Source: an uncultured Gammaproteobacteria bacterium
GTDB taxonomy: Bacteria; Patescibacteriota; Patescibacteriia; Magasanikbacterales; UBA922
Assembly (NCBI GenBank): GCA_964612105.1
Contig: CAZTEU010000001.1
Location: 4,047 to 68,046 of the forward strand
DNA: 64,000 bases
Direction of reading: 5' to 3'
Each line of letters begins with the position of its first letter. Position 1 is the first letter of the stretch. Below, one piece after another: positions 20,284 through 30,084 of this stretch. The position numbers were made by a program, and so were the translations under genes. Under the pieces are notes generated by a model, which did not search any database, was not told where the DNA came from, and saw only the letters and a list, made by a program, of their open reading frames with translations.

Positions 20284-20501
20284 CCCTCGCTGGGTGGCCT
20301 GGCACCCCCGTCCTCGGTTTTGTGGCCTTGGATGGGGGTGCTGGGCGTATCTCTTAAACATACCAATATCCGATTTTATCGGATGAGGTTGTCTAGTGAT
20401 ACACCGGCTGTACCAAAGTACAGCCAGAATTCTGGATATATAACTATGTTGTATAACCAGAATTACCCTGTACATACAGTGTACAGGGTAATTATAACCA
20501 C

Positions 20502-20530
20502 TTGACAATTTGCTCCTTTATGATTATAAT
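20502..20530 (+). promoter_or_regulatory. Consensus sigma70 promoter TTGACA-17-TATAAT for rpmG
   Basis: Perfect -35/-10. Confidence 0.8.
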
Positions 20531-20556
20531 GATGGAGCTTTTGAAATGAATATACT

Positions 20557-20712
20557 ATGTCACAAGACAACATGATAAAAATGGAGTGTAAGGATTGTAA
20601 ACGTACAAATTATTTTTCCAGAAAAAATAAGAAGGTGATTAAGGATCGCCTAGAACTTAAAAAGTTCTGTAAGTTCTGCAAAAAACATTCACTCCACAAA
20701 GAAACAAAGTAA
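20557..20712 (+). CDS. rpmG: 50S ribosomal protein L33 (not in ORF track)
   Basis: [51 protein letters not shown]. Confidence 0.95.
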   Translation: MSQDNMIKMECKDCKRTNYFSRKNKKVIKDRLELKKFCKFCKKHSLHKETK

Positions 20713-20777
20713 TCCCGTAAGCGGGATTTCTTTGTTAGCTTGATTGTATGGTATTTTGTGTGTAAAATAGTTTACAT

Positions 20778-20848
20778 GGGCGCGTCGTATAGTGGTAGTA
20801 CATGGGTCTCCAAAACCTATAGCGGGAGTTCGATTCTCTCCGCGCCTG
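20778..20848 (+). tRNA. tRNA-Trp(CCA), CCA end not encoded
   Basis: Cloverleaf GGGCGCG/CGCGCCT, anticodon loop CTCCAAA, T-loop TTCGATT; follows rpmG. Confidence 0.93.
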
Positions 20849-20887
20849 CATAAAACCCAACATTAGTTGTGGTTTTTTGTAAACTAG

Positions 20888-21550
20888 CTACCACTCAATA
20901 GGTGCCTGTAGGGTAGAAATTAAATAGTCATTGGTTTTACTAAAATGCTTACATCCAAAGAATCCACGGTGTGCAGACAGGGGAGAGGGGTGTGGTGCTT
21001 CTAAGATGTAGTGTTTAATTCGGTCAATAATCTGACCTTTTTTTTGTGCATAAGAACCCCACAGCAAGAATACAACATTCTCTTTCTCGTCAGATATTTT
21101 CTTAATTACAGCATCTGTAAACTCTTCCCAACCTTTTCCTTGGTGAGAACCTGCACGGTGTGCTTGTACAGTTAATGTTGCATTAAGTAATAACACCCCT
21201 TGTTTAGTCCAACGATTTAGATTACCACTTGCAGGAGTCTCAATTCCTAAATCTTCCCCAATTTCTTTATACATGTTTCTAAGAGATGGTGGAATTTGTA
21301 CGTTTTCGTTTACAGAAAAGCATAGACCGTGTGCTTGTCCTGTTCCATGGTATGGGTCCTGCCCAAGTATTACCACTCTCACGTTATCAAAAGGGCATGC
21401 GTTAAAAGCATGAAATATCTGTTTTGGGGGTGGGTATACGGTTGTTCTTATGTACTCTCCTTTTACATAGGAACTCAAATCTTTGAAATATTGCTTTTCG
21501 AACTCATCATTTAACCTGCCTTTCCAAGATTCATGGATGTTTACACTCAT
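20888..21550 (-). CDS. ung: Uracil-DNA glycosylase
   Basis: GQDPYH, GLCFSV, QGVLLLN, HPSPLS. Confidence 0.97.
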   Translation of the reverse strand: MSVNIHESWKGRLNDEFEKQYFKDLSSYVKGEYIRTTVYPPPKQIFHAFNACPFDNVRVVILGQDPYHGTGQAHGLCFSVNENVQIPPSLRNMYKEIGEDLGIETPASGNLNRWTKQGVLLLNATLTVQAHRAGSHQGKGWEEFTDAVIKKISDEKENVVFLLWGSYAQKKGQIIDRIKHYILEAPHPSPLSAHRGFFGCKHFSKTNDYLISTLQAPIEW

Positions 21551-21737
21551 ATTATTTGCATTATAGCAGGGATTTTACTCCGTGCAAGTACTAAAATGCA
21601 AAAAAGTAAACGATTTGTTTACTTTTATGTGTTTTTTGATGAGTCTATTAGACTGATTTTTGTTCCTAATACAAAATAATTGTGTATCTGCGCACAAGCC
21701 ATGTTGGTTTGTGACGACAGGTCGCCCCAAGGAGGGG

Positions 21738-22292
21738 ATGATGTTTGGGAAAAAAGTGTTTGTTCTGATGGTCGCATCTGCGCTGTTCGTTGGCTGTATG
21801 GCCGAGACCGAGGAAGATCTTCCTACCACGAAGCAGATTCAGGGCTCTGTCGCATACCAAGGTGTCGCGGTGGCAGGAGCTGAGGTGGTCGCGACAACCG
21901 GAGATGAGCCGGATTCGCCAAGCTTCGCAAGTGCATCGGATGATCTGGGCCACTTCTCGCTGGAGATGCCGAAAGATCTTCCGATCTGCAAAGTGCAGGC
22001 CGCTGTCGAACTCGATGGCAAGTTGCTTATTGGTGAAGCTCTGGATCCTGGCGAGTTGGACCCAATCGAGCTGAGGGAATTCACTGAGGAAGAGGCACAA
22101 GAAGCCCAGAAATCCTTCGATCTGGAGGTGGAAGGAGTCAGTACCTTTGTTGGGTACAAAGGGTGGGGTTGTGCGTGTCACAAGCAAGGCAAGTACTTCG
22201 GGAAGCTCTGCTGTGGCTACTACGAACTGAAAAAGCCTCAGAACGCAACCTTCTGCTCCATCCCACTACCGTTTGTCTGCTACTGGAAGTAG
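21738..22292 (+). CDS. GC-rich orphan lipoprotein with Cys-rich C-terminal tail
   Basis: AAGGAGG SD before ATG 21738; lipobox-like LFVG-C; terminator at 22311-22347. Confidence 0.7.
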   Translation: MMFGKKVFVLMVASALFVGCMAETEEDLPTTKQIQGSVAYQGVAVAGAEVVATTGDEPDSPSFASASDDLGHFSLEMPKDLPICKVQAAVELDGKLLIGEALDPGELDPIELREFTEEEAQEAQKSFDLEVEGVSTFVGYKGWGCACHKQGKYFGKLCCGYYELKKPQNATFCSIPLPFVCYWK

Positions 22293-22538
22293 CATTCCAC
22301 TCTTTGATAGGGAGGGGTAGTAAAAACTACCCCTCCTTTCTTCTTTTACTAACATAGCAAGCGCAGACCTACGTCGGATGAACCTATGTCTACAAAGGGA
22401 TACCTGTTCGGTAAGAGAACACAACGACCTCAAGGGAGTCGGTCCGCTTTCGAGCGGATTGACTCCTGGTCGTCGATTCACACACTACACGTGTGTTTTT
22501 TTATTAAGTAGTTTTTGATTTCATGGTATAATAATGCT

Positions 22539-23906
22539 ATGACAAAACAAAAAACAAAAAAGCTTCCCAAAAAAGCCTATGTTCTTACGGTAGACATGGG
22601 TTATGGTCACCAACGTGCTGTACACCCATTAAAAGATATCGCTACAAATCCTGTGGGTTGGAAAGGTAATCCTATAATCTCGGCAAATAATTATCCGGGA
22701 ATTCCAAAGAGCGATCGTAAGAAATGGGAGGGAAGCAGAAAACTTTATGAAACAATTTCTAGAATGAAACACACTCCAATCATTGGTAATTGGATTTTTG
22801 GTGCGATGGACCATTTTCAGAAAATACAACCGTTTTACCCAAAGAGAGATTTATCAAAGCCAATAATGCAGGTAAAACAAATCTATAAAATGATTAGAAA
22901 GGGTTGGGGAAAAGCCCTTATAGATGAGCTTAATAAAAAACCTCTTCCACTTGTCACATCTTTTTTTGCAACAGCCTTTTTTGCAGAGGAGCATGGATAT
23001 AAGGGAGAAATATATTGTTTGTGCACTGACACGGATATTTCACGTGCTTGGGTTGCACTCAATCCTAAAAAAAGTAGAATAAAATATTTTGCACCAAACA
23101 AAAGAGTAAAAGAGCGTCTTGGTTTGTATGGAGTAAAAACAAGTAATATATATATAACTGGTTTTCCTCTACCAAAAGAAAATATTGGAGGAAGAAATCT
23201 GGAAATATTAAAGAGTTCTATTGGTTGTAGGATTAGCAATCTAGATCCAAATAATAGGTATCAGAGGAAATACGAAAAAACACTTAATCAATTTCTTGGG
23301 GCCCGTTATTGCAATATGCATGCAGACCATAAATTAACCATTACCTTTGCTGTTGGTGGTGCTGGAGCACAAAGAGAAATTGGAGCAGAGATTTTAGAAA
23401 GTTTGCATGATTATATAGACAAGGGAGAAGTTAACCTAAATCTTGTTGCTGGATCTCGTGCAGACGTGTACGAGTATTACTACAATGTTGTAAAAGATCT
23501 GCATTTAGAAAAAAAGCATGGGGGTAGTGTTAAAATAGTTTACAACGAGGATAAGTTAAAATATTTTGATGAGTTTAATGAGATTTTACTCACAACAGAT
23601 GTGCTTTGGACTAAACCAAGTGAACTGTCATTCTACTCTGGGCTTGGTATTCCTATTATTATGGCGCCAACAATTGGATCGCAAGAGGTGTTTAATCGTA
23701 CGTGGTTACATTCGATTGGTTCTGGTATGGAACAGGAAGATCCACGACACTGCAATGAATGGCTCTTCGATTGGTTGGAGTCTGGGTGGTTAGCGCAGGC
23801 AGCGATGGAAGGCTTCTTGGATGCGCCTAGAATGGGGGCATACCACATAGAGGACATTGTATTAAAAGGAAAAAAGAGTGAGATAGAAGATATGCATCTA
23901 ATGTAA
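22539..23906 (+). CDS. GT-B-like glycosyltransferase-related protein (MGDG synthase-like)
   Basis: MGYGHQRA, TGFP, TKPSE, GSQE..N motifs; TATAAT 6 nt before ATG. Confidence 0.6.
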   Translation: MTKQKTKKLPKKAYVLTVDMGYGHQRAVHPLKDIATNPVGWKGNPIISANNYPGIPKSDRKKWEGSRKLYETISRMKHTPIIGNWIFGAMDHFQKIQPFYPKRDLSKPIMQVKQIYKMIRKGWGKALIDELNKKPLPLVTSFFATAFFAEEHGYKGEIYCLCTDTDISRAWVALNPKKSRIKYFAPNKRVKERLGLYGVKTSNIYITGFPLPKENIGGRNLEILKSSIGCRISNLDPNNRYQRKYEKTLNQFLGARYCNMHADHKLTITFAVGGAGAQREIGAEILESLHDYIDKGEVNLNLVAGSRADVYEYYYNVVKDLHLEKKHGGSVKIVYNEDKLKYFDEFNEILLTTDVLWTKPSELSFYSGLGIPIIMAPTIGSQEVFNRTWLHSIGSGMEQEDPRHCNEWLFDWLESGWLAQAAMEGFLDAPRMGAYHIEDIVLKGKKSEIEDMHLM

Positions 23907-23907
23907 T

Positions 23908-24816
23908 ATGTTTTGGTTTTTTATAGCAATTATAGGGTATACAGCGCAATCGCTTGTTTTTGTTTTAGACAAAATAATATTATCTAAATCTCTTGGTAAG
24001 CCGGTTGTTTATACTTTTTATTCAACTATATATTTCTTTGGAGCACTTTTAGCATTTCCGTTTGGAGTGGAATTGTTAAATAGTGGTTTTGATTGGTTTA
24101 TGGCACTTGTTTCTGGTCTGAGTTTTGGTCTAGCGCTTTGGACAATGTTTGTTGCAGTAAAGAAAGGGGAGGCAAGCCACATAAACCCATTTATTGGAGC
24201 TGTAATAACAATTGCGACCTATGGTATGTCTACCTTGTTCCTGTCTGAGAACTTGTCATCTGTACAAATTGCAGGCATGAGTATTCTGGTTTTCGCTTCG
24301 CTTCTTCTTTCTTTTGAAAAAAGTAAAAAATATTCTGGAGTCCACATTGGATTTTTGTGGGCAGTAATTTCTGGACTGTTTTTTGCACTTTCACATGTAA
24401 GTGCAAAGTATATTTATGATATATATCCATTTTTGACAGGGTTTGTATGGACACGTGCAACCACAGGGCTTTTGGGATTGTTTGTACTATTTTTTCCTTC
24501 TGTGCGTAAAGCACTTAGTCCAAAAAAGAAAAAAAGTAAGACTTTTGCAAAACGTCACAAACTAGGAATTATTGTTGTGGATAAGTTGCTTGCACTTGTG
24601 GCAATAGTTGCAATACAGTATGCGATTGCAATTGGAAGTGTGACCCTGGTAAATGCAATGAGTGGTCTGCAGTTTGCACTCATGTTTATTATTGTTTACT
24701 TGTCTACTCGTTTCGTGCCAAAAGTATTTAAAGAATATTTCACAAAGAAAGAACTAGCTGTGCAAACAATAGCTGTTATTCTTGTTGTGTTAGGTAGTGC
24801 TCTATTTGTATTATGA
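23908..24816 (+). CDS. EamA/DMT-family transporter
   Basis: About 10 TM in two repeats. Confidence 0.7.
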   Translation: MFWFFIAIIGYTAQSLVFVLDKIILSKSLGKPVVYTFYSTIYFFGALLAFPFGVELLNSGFDWFMALVSGLSFGLALWTMFVAVKKGEASHINPFIGAVITIATYGMSTLFLSENLSSVQIAGMSILVFASLLLSFEKSKKYSGVHIGFLWAVISGLFFALSHVSAKYIYDIYPFLTGFVWTRATTGLLGLFVLFFPSVRKALSPKKKKSKTFAKRHKLGIIVVDKLLALVAIVAIQYAIAIGSVTLVNAMSGLQFALMFIIVYLSTRFVPKVFKEYFTKKELAVQTIAVILVVLGSALFVL

Positions 24817-25805
24817 ATGTAATTTTTAAAATATTGTTGATTGTGGTTGGGGTTGTACTGTTTTTGTATATTATTTTTATATTGTTTAGTTTTAAAAAAT
24901 TTCCTGTTGAGTATGGTATTAGCTTTAATCAAAATCATGCATCTTCTCTTGGTCTAGACTGGAGAGAAACATATGATGCAATGTTGGGAGATCTAAAACC
25001 TAAACACGTTCGTATTGCAGCAATGTGGAGTGAGGTTGAAAAAACAAAATATGAATATAATTTTGATGATGTAGATTGGATGATTGGGAGGGCACACGAC
25101 GAGGGTGTAAAAGTTATACTAGTTGTTGGTCAGAAAGCACCACGGTGGCCAGAGTGTCATGTTCCTGACTGGATAGGGGAGTACACATCTAGTGGGGCAG
25201 CTGCTCATTTACGTGAGTATGTTAGAAGAACAGTTGAACGTTATAAGGATCATCCTGCTCTGGATATGTGGCAGATTGAGAACGAACCTTTTATAAGATT
25301 CACTTTTGGAGAATGTGCTGGTTATAAGAAAGATTTAATTTATGATGAGATAGGTATTGTACGTGATTTAGATCCAGATAGAAAAATTATCATTACAGAT
25401 AGTGGTGAGCTCAGTACATGGTGGAAATCTACACGCACAGGTGATATTTTTGGAACAACACTTTACAGAGTTGTACGGACTCCAAATGGACACATTTTTA
25501 CTTACGACTGGTTACCAGCTGGATTTTATAGATTGAAATCAAGAGCACTTGGAAGAAGTTATGATGAGTTTTTTGTTTCTGAGCTTCAAGCTGAGCCTTG
25601 GTTTAGTGACGCTAGTGCTCAAAATACCCCGATTGAGGAGCAGGAAAATACTATGAATCCAAAAAGGCTACAAAAGCACTTAGATGTTGCTTCAAAAGTT
25701 GGAGCTTCGCGGGTATATTTGTGGGGAGTAGAGTGGTGGTATTGGATGAAAAAAACTCAGAATAATTCTGAGTACTGGGATCTAATTAAAAATAGTATAA
25801 ATTAA
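24813..25805 (+). CDS. Membrane-anchored glycoside hydrolase (clan GH-A)
   Basis: W..VE....YNF, WQIENEP, SELQAEPW motifs. Confidence 0.7.
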   Translation: MNVIFKILLIVVGVVLFLYIIFILFSFKKFPVEYGISFNQNHASSLGLDWRETYDAMLGDLKPKHVRIAAMWSEVEKTKYEYNFDDVDWMIGRAHDEGVKVILVVGQKAPRWPECHVPDWIGEYTSSGAAAHLREYVRRTVERYKDHPALDMWQIENEPFIRFTFGECAGYKKDLIYDEIGIVRDLDPDRKIIITDSGELSTWWKSTRTGDIFGTTLYRVVRTPNGHIFTYDWLPAGFYRLKSRALGRSYDEFFVSELQAEPWFSDASAQNTPIEEQENTMNPKRLQKHLDVASKVGASRVYLWGVEWWYWMKKTQNNSEYWDLIKNSIN

Positions 25806-25825
25806 AAAAAGTGCCGAGGCACTTG

Positions 25826-25899
25826 TGCACGCCAAGGGATTCGAACCCCTGACCCCCTCGGTGTAAACGAGGTGCTCTAACCAACTGAGCTAGGCGTGC
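25826..25899 (-). tRNA. tRNA-Val(TAC), CCA end not encoded
   Basis: GCACGCC/GGCGTGC acceptor, CCTCG-TTTACAC-CGAGG anticodon arm, TTCGAAT. Confidence 0.93.
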
Positions 25900-25940
25900 A
25901 TGCGGAAAAGTATATCTAAAAACCAAAAATTTGTCAACAT

Positions 25941-27134
25941 ATGTTTGGATACAAATATAAGAGAGAAAAATACAACCCACAACTTGTAAAACATCATGGG
26001 ATTTTTCGTAGACAACTGTCTCTGTGGGAGGGAATGTCCTTAATACTAAGTGGTACCATTGGAGCAGGAATGTTAGCTATCCCATATGCTGTAGCTCAGG
26101 TAGGAATTGGGATAGGTTTAACTTATCTACTAGTAATAGGTCTTCTGATGATAGGACTCAATCTTATGATTGGAGAAGTGTCAGTAAGGACAAAAGCTCG
26201 GTTCCAAATCCCAGGTCTTGCAAGGAAATATCTTGGAAAGACAATGGGCAAATTCATGACACTCATCATTTTCTTCATGGTTTTTGGTGTGCAGGTTGTT
26301 TATATAATTGGAGTTGGAGAATCATTGGATGCGCTGGTTGGTGGTGGTGCGTTTAAGTGGGGAATAATATTCTTCCTGTTTGCAATGATTCCAATATATA
26401 TAGGATTACGTACCATAAAAATAGTGGAATTATTATTGATGGTATTAATACTTATTATAATTACATTTATTGCGGGATCAGCCATTCCAGAAATACATTT
26501 TGACTATTTTAAGCATGTTAGTTTTGCATCACTACTGTTGCCGTATGGTGTTATTTTGTTTGGTTATCATGGGGTCTCAGCTGTACCGGAAGCACATAGT
26601 TTACTGGTAAAAAAACCTGTTGTGTTTAAGAAAGCAATAATATACTCCGGATTGATTACGATGGTTATATACATGTTATTTTCTATTGTGGCTGTTGGTG
26701 TGATGGGAACTAGCACATCAGAAATTGCAACTATTGGTTTGGGGGAGAGGTTGGGTCCTCATATAATGTGGCTTGGAAACCTTTTTGCTTTACTTGCTAT
26801 GGGCACTAGCTTTTTAATGAACGGAGTTGCTGCACGAGACTCTTTCGTGTGGGATTATAAGGTGAATAAGTGGATTGCAAGTACAATAATAGGTATTGTT
26901 CCACTTACTCTATTTGTGTTTGGTCTAAGACAGTTTATAGAAGTACTAGATATAGTTGGAGGAGTTTTTGTTAGTACAGAAATGCTCTTATTGATAGTTA
27001 TTTATTGGAGAGCAAAACAAATTGGGGATTTGGATGTTGGAAAATACAAATTACACCATGTTGTTTTGTTAGCAGGTGTTCTTGTGGTAGCATTAACCAT
27101 TGGAGCTATATACAGTGTGATAAATATCTTCTAA
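25941..27134 (+). CDS. Amino-acid permease (TyrP/HAAAP-like)
   Basis: GTIGAGMLAIP motif, about 11 TM. Confidence 0.8.
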   Translation: MFGYKYKREKYNPQLVKHHGIFRRQLSLWEGMSLILSGTIGAGMLAIPYAVAQVGIGIGLTYLLVIGLLMIGLNLMIGEVSVRTKARFQIPGLARKYLGKTMGKFMTLIIFFMVFGVQVVYIIGVGESLDALVGGGAFKWGIIFFLFAMIPIYIGLRTIKIVELLLMVLILIIITFIAGSAIPEIHFDYFKHVSFASLLLPYGVILFGYHGVSAVPEAHSLLVKKPVVFKKAIIYSGLITMVIYMLFSIVAVGVMGTSTSEIATIGLGERLGPHIMWLGNLFALLAMGTSFLMNGVAARDSFVWDYKVNKWIASTIIGIVPLTLFVFGLRQFIEVLDIVGGVFVSTEMLLLIVIYWRAKQIGDLDVGKYKLHHVVLLAGVLVVALTIGAIYSVINIF

Positions 27135-27136
27135 GG

Positions 27137-27330
27137 TTGACAAAAACCACTATTTGTTCTACAATCAGTACAAATTAATTAAGTTCTCAGATGGTGTTCG
27201 TTGTTGGTTGGTCCTATACAGACTAGTAGGCATTTGCCTGTCTAATCCGCATTACTGCTCAACAACGTCCGACCCTGATCATTCAGGGCGTCTATCTTCG
27301 AGAACATCCCGTATTTTGGGATGATTTTTA
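27137..27330 (+). promoter_or_regulatory. metK promoter and structured leader with terminator-like hairpin (candidate riboswitch/attenuator)
   Basis: TTGACA-17-TACAAT; nested stems; CATCCC/GGGATG hairpin + T-tract just before ATG. Confidence 0.55.
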
Positions 27331-27336
27331 TTCTCT

Positions 27337-28545
27337 ATGGCAGAGAAACAGTTTTTTACCTCAGAATCTGTGACTGAGGGACACCCAGACAAAATCTGTG
27401 ATCAGATCTCAGATGCTGTTTTGGATGCAGTATTAAAAGATGATCCAGATGGAGCATGTTGCTGTGAGGTTTTCACTACAACTGGACTTGTTGTTGTTGG
27501 TGGGGAAATTACAACGAAAACATATGTAGATATTCCAGCTATTGTCCGTGGAACCCTAAAAGACATTGGATATGTAAATCCAGACTACGGTATAGACTAC
27601 AAGAGCTGTGGTGTTATGGTTGCTGTTGACGAACAAAGTCCAGACATAGCACAAGGAGAAAAAGAGACAGATGGAAGTCACAAAGCACAAGGGGCAGGGG
27701 ATCAGGGTATGATGTTTGGGTATGCATGTAAAGAAACCCCAGAACTTATGCCACTTCCAATAATGTTGGCACATGGAATTACAAAAAGACTTTCACGTGT
27801 TCGTAAGAAAGGCGAGATTCCTTATTTACGTCCAGATGGAAAGAGTCAGGTTACTGTTGAGTATGAGAATGGTCAGCCAAAGCGAGTAGATGCTGTTGTT
27901 GTTGCTGCTCAACACGATCCAGGCATAACATTAGAACAATTACGAGAGGATATTAAGAGGGATGTGATACAGCCTGTATGTGGTCAGTATGTTGACGAGA
28001 ATACAAAATACTATATAAACGAGACTGGTACATTTATCATTGGTGGACCACAGGGAGATACTGGGGTTACAGGTAGAAAGGTTATAGTAGATACATATGG
28101 TGGAATGGGTCGCCATGGTGGCGGGGCGTTTTCTGGAAAAGTTCCAAACAAACAGGATCGCTCTGGTGCATATATGGCACGTTATATTGCAAAGAATATT
28201 GTTGCAGCGGATCTAGCAGATCGCTGTGAAGTACAACTTTCATATGCAATTGGTTTTCCTGAACCTATTAGTGTATTAGTTGAGACGTTTGGAACAATAA
28301 AATGTGATGAGGACAAACTAGTAGAAGCTGTGCGATCTGTATTTGACCTAACACCAGCAGGAATAATTAAGCAATTAGACCTAAAACGTCCAATGTACAA
28401 AGAAACAGCTGCATATGGGCACTTTGGACGCGAAGAGTTTTCCTGGGAGAGAAAGGACAAAGTGGAAGCGCTCAAAGAAGCAGTATCTACAAGTGGGCCT
28501 ACATGCACCTGCAATGTTCCATCCCATACTGGGTCTCACACATAA
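27337..28545 (+). CDS. metK: S-adenosylmethionine synthetase
   Basis: [27 protein letters not shown]. Confidence 0.97.
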   Translation: MAEKQFFTSESVTEGHPDKICDQISDAVLDAVLKDDPDGACCCEVFTTTGLVVVGGEITTKTYVDIPAIVRGTLKDIGYVNPDYGIDYKSCGVMVAVDEQSPDIAQGEKETDGSHKAQGAGDQGMMFGYACKETPELMPLPIMLAHGITKRLSRVRKKGEIPYLRPDGKSQVTVEYENGQPKRVDAVVVAAQHDPGITLEQLREDIKRDVIQPVCGQYVDENTKYYINETGTFIIGGPQGDTGVTGRKVIVDTYGGMGRHGGGAFSGKVPNKQDRSGAYMARYIAKNIVAADLADRCEVQLSYAIGFPEPISVLVETFGTIKCDEDKLVEAVRSVFDLTPAGIIKQLDLKRPMYKETAAYGHFGREEFSWERKDKVEALKEAVSTSGPTCTCNVPSHTGSHT

Positions 28546-28555
28546 AAAACAATTA

Positions 28556-28582
28556 AAAAATCCCGATTTCTCGGGATTTTTT
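28556..28582. terminator. Bidirectional intrinsic terminator
   Basis: AAAAATCCCGA-TTTC-TCGGGATTTTTT. Confidence 0.8.
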
Positions 28583-28703
28583 AATTTCTTCTTCTGCAAA
28601 TACATTTGCAAGAAAAGGAACGTATGCACATGGTGTACGTACGCCCCGCCCCCTCCGTTGGAGACTCGTCGTCCATGTGCATGCTGGTCACCCCCCTTTG
28701 ATG

Positions 28704-29147
28704 TCAGCGGTTGTCCGAGATGGTGTCCATCCACTCGATGTTCTTCGCTTTCGGCTTGATTGCTGGGTTCAGGCGAACCCGTAGCGTCTTCTTGTCGACC
28801 TTAGGAACCATCTGGCTGGTACGCTTGGTCTCGGGCTCCGCACATCTCTCAACCTGGGCAGGTGTCGGCTTCCTCCTCTCCCCAGTTTTGATGTTTCTTC
28901 TGTGCTGAAGGTCGAGCTGTTCTCGTTGTCTTCTTCTCTCGATTCTCCACACTAGGATTCCCAAGAGAAATACCACTAGAACGCCACCAAGCGTCATCAG
29001 GAAGAAATGGCTCTTGGTCTGCCCAAGTCTTCGCCAAATCCCACTGGATCCACCAAAGGCCAATGCCCAGTCACTGTAACCGAGCATCAGGAAGAAACAG
29101 ACTGTGACAATCAAGTCACGGATCCACTCCATTGTTCTCTGTGTCAT
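28704..29147 (-). CDS. GC-rich orphan membrane protein (2 TM, basic tail)
   Basis: AGGAGG SD before ATG 29147; promoter TTGACA-17-TATAAA at 29231-29203. Confidence 0.65.
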   Translation of the reverse strand: MTQRTMEWIRDLIVTVCFFLMLGYSDWALAFGGSSGIWRRLGQTKSHFFLMTLGGVLVVFLLGILVWRIERRRQREQLDLQHRRNIKTGERRKPTPAQVERCAEPETKRTSQMVPKVDKKTLRVRLNPAIKPKAKNIEWMDTISDNR

Positions 29148-29283
29148 TGCGCCCTCCTGCGCTGACCGCTGTACGGTCGGGTTTGTGTCCTTAGGACGCG
29201 TTTTTATATCATAAGTATGCCAATTTGTCAAGCTTTGTCAAGTAAAAATCGCTCAAATGAGCAAAATATGATATAATCTGTAC

Positions 29284-30084
29284 ATGACAGTAATGCAAGC
29301 CTTAATACTAGGGATTATTCAAGGTCTAACAGAGTTTCTCCCAATATCGTCATCTGGGCACCTTGTTTTTGTACCAAAACTACTTGGATGGGCAGACCAA
29401 GGGCTTAGTTTTGATGTGGTAGTGCATGTAGGCTCTTTATTAGCTGTAATAGTGTATTTTAGAAGGAGATTATGGACTCTTACAAAAGGACTATTCGGAA
29501 GTAATAAAGCTACAAAAAAAGAGAGAAAACTTGCTTGGTATATTCTCCTTACAATCATTCCAGCAGGTATTGTAGGGTTTTTATTTGGTGATTGGATAGA
29601 ACTTAATTTACGATCCACAAGATTAATTGCTTTTGGGCTTATATTTTGGGGTGTCATGCTCGGTTTTGTAGACACAGTTTCTTCTAGGATTAAGAAGAAA
29701 AAAACGCTCGATGAAACAAGTTGGCAGACATCTCTATTTATTGGTCTTGCGCAAGCAATAGCACTAATCCCGGGAACAAGTAGGTCTGGAATAACAATGA
29801 CAGCAGGTCTTGCGGGTAAGATGAGCAAAGAGTCTGCTGCGGAATTTTCTTTTCTAATGTCAGTACCAATAATAGCACTAGCTGGAGCTCTTAAGATAAC
29901 AGAACTGATAAAGGTTGGATTAGAAGGCTTCTCTATCACAACCCTTTCTGTTGGGTTTGCTGCTTCTGCAGTATCTGGTTTTTTGGCTATAAAACTTTTG
30001 TTGGGGATAGTAAGGCGTTGGAATTTTATGCCTTTTGTTTTTTATAGAATTATTATTGGTTTGTTGATATTAATTTATGTATAA
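29284..30084 (+). CDS. uppP: Undecaprenyl-diphosphatase
   Basis: QGLTEFLPISSSGH, PGTSRSG. Confidence 0.95.
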   Translation: MTVMQALILGIIQGLTEFLPISSSGHLVFVPKLLGWADQGLSFDVVVHVGSLLAVIVYFRRRLWTLTKGLFGSNKATKKERKLAWYILLTIIPAGIVGFLFGDWIELNLRSTRLIAFGLIFWGVMLGFVDTVSSRIKKKKTLDETSWQTSLFIGLAQAIALIPGTSRSGITMTAGLAGKMSKESAAEFSFLMSVPIIALAGALKITELIKVGLEGFSITTLSVGFAASAVSGFLAIKLLLGIVRRWNFMPFVFYRIIIGLLILIYV

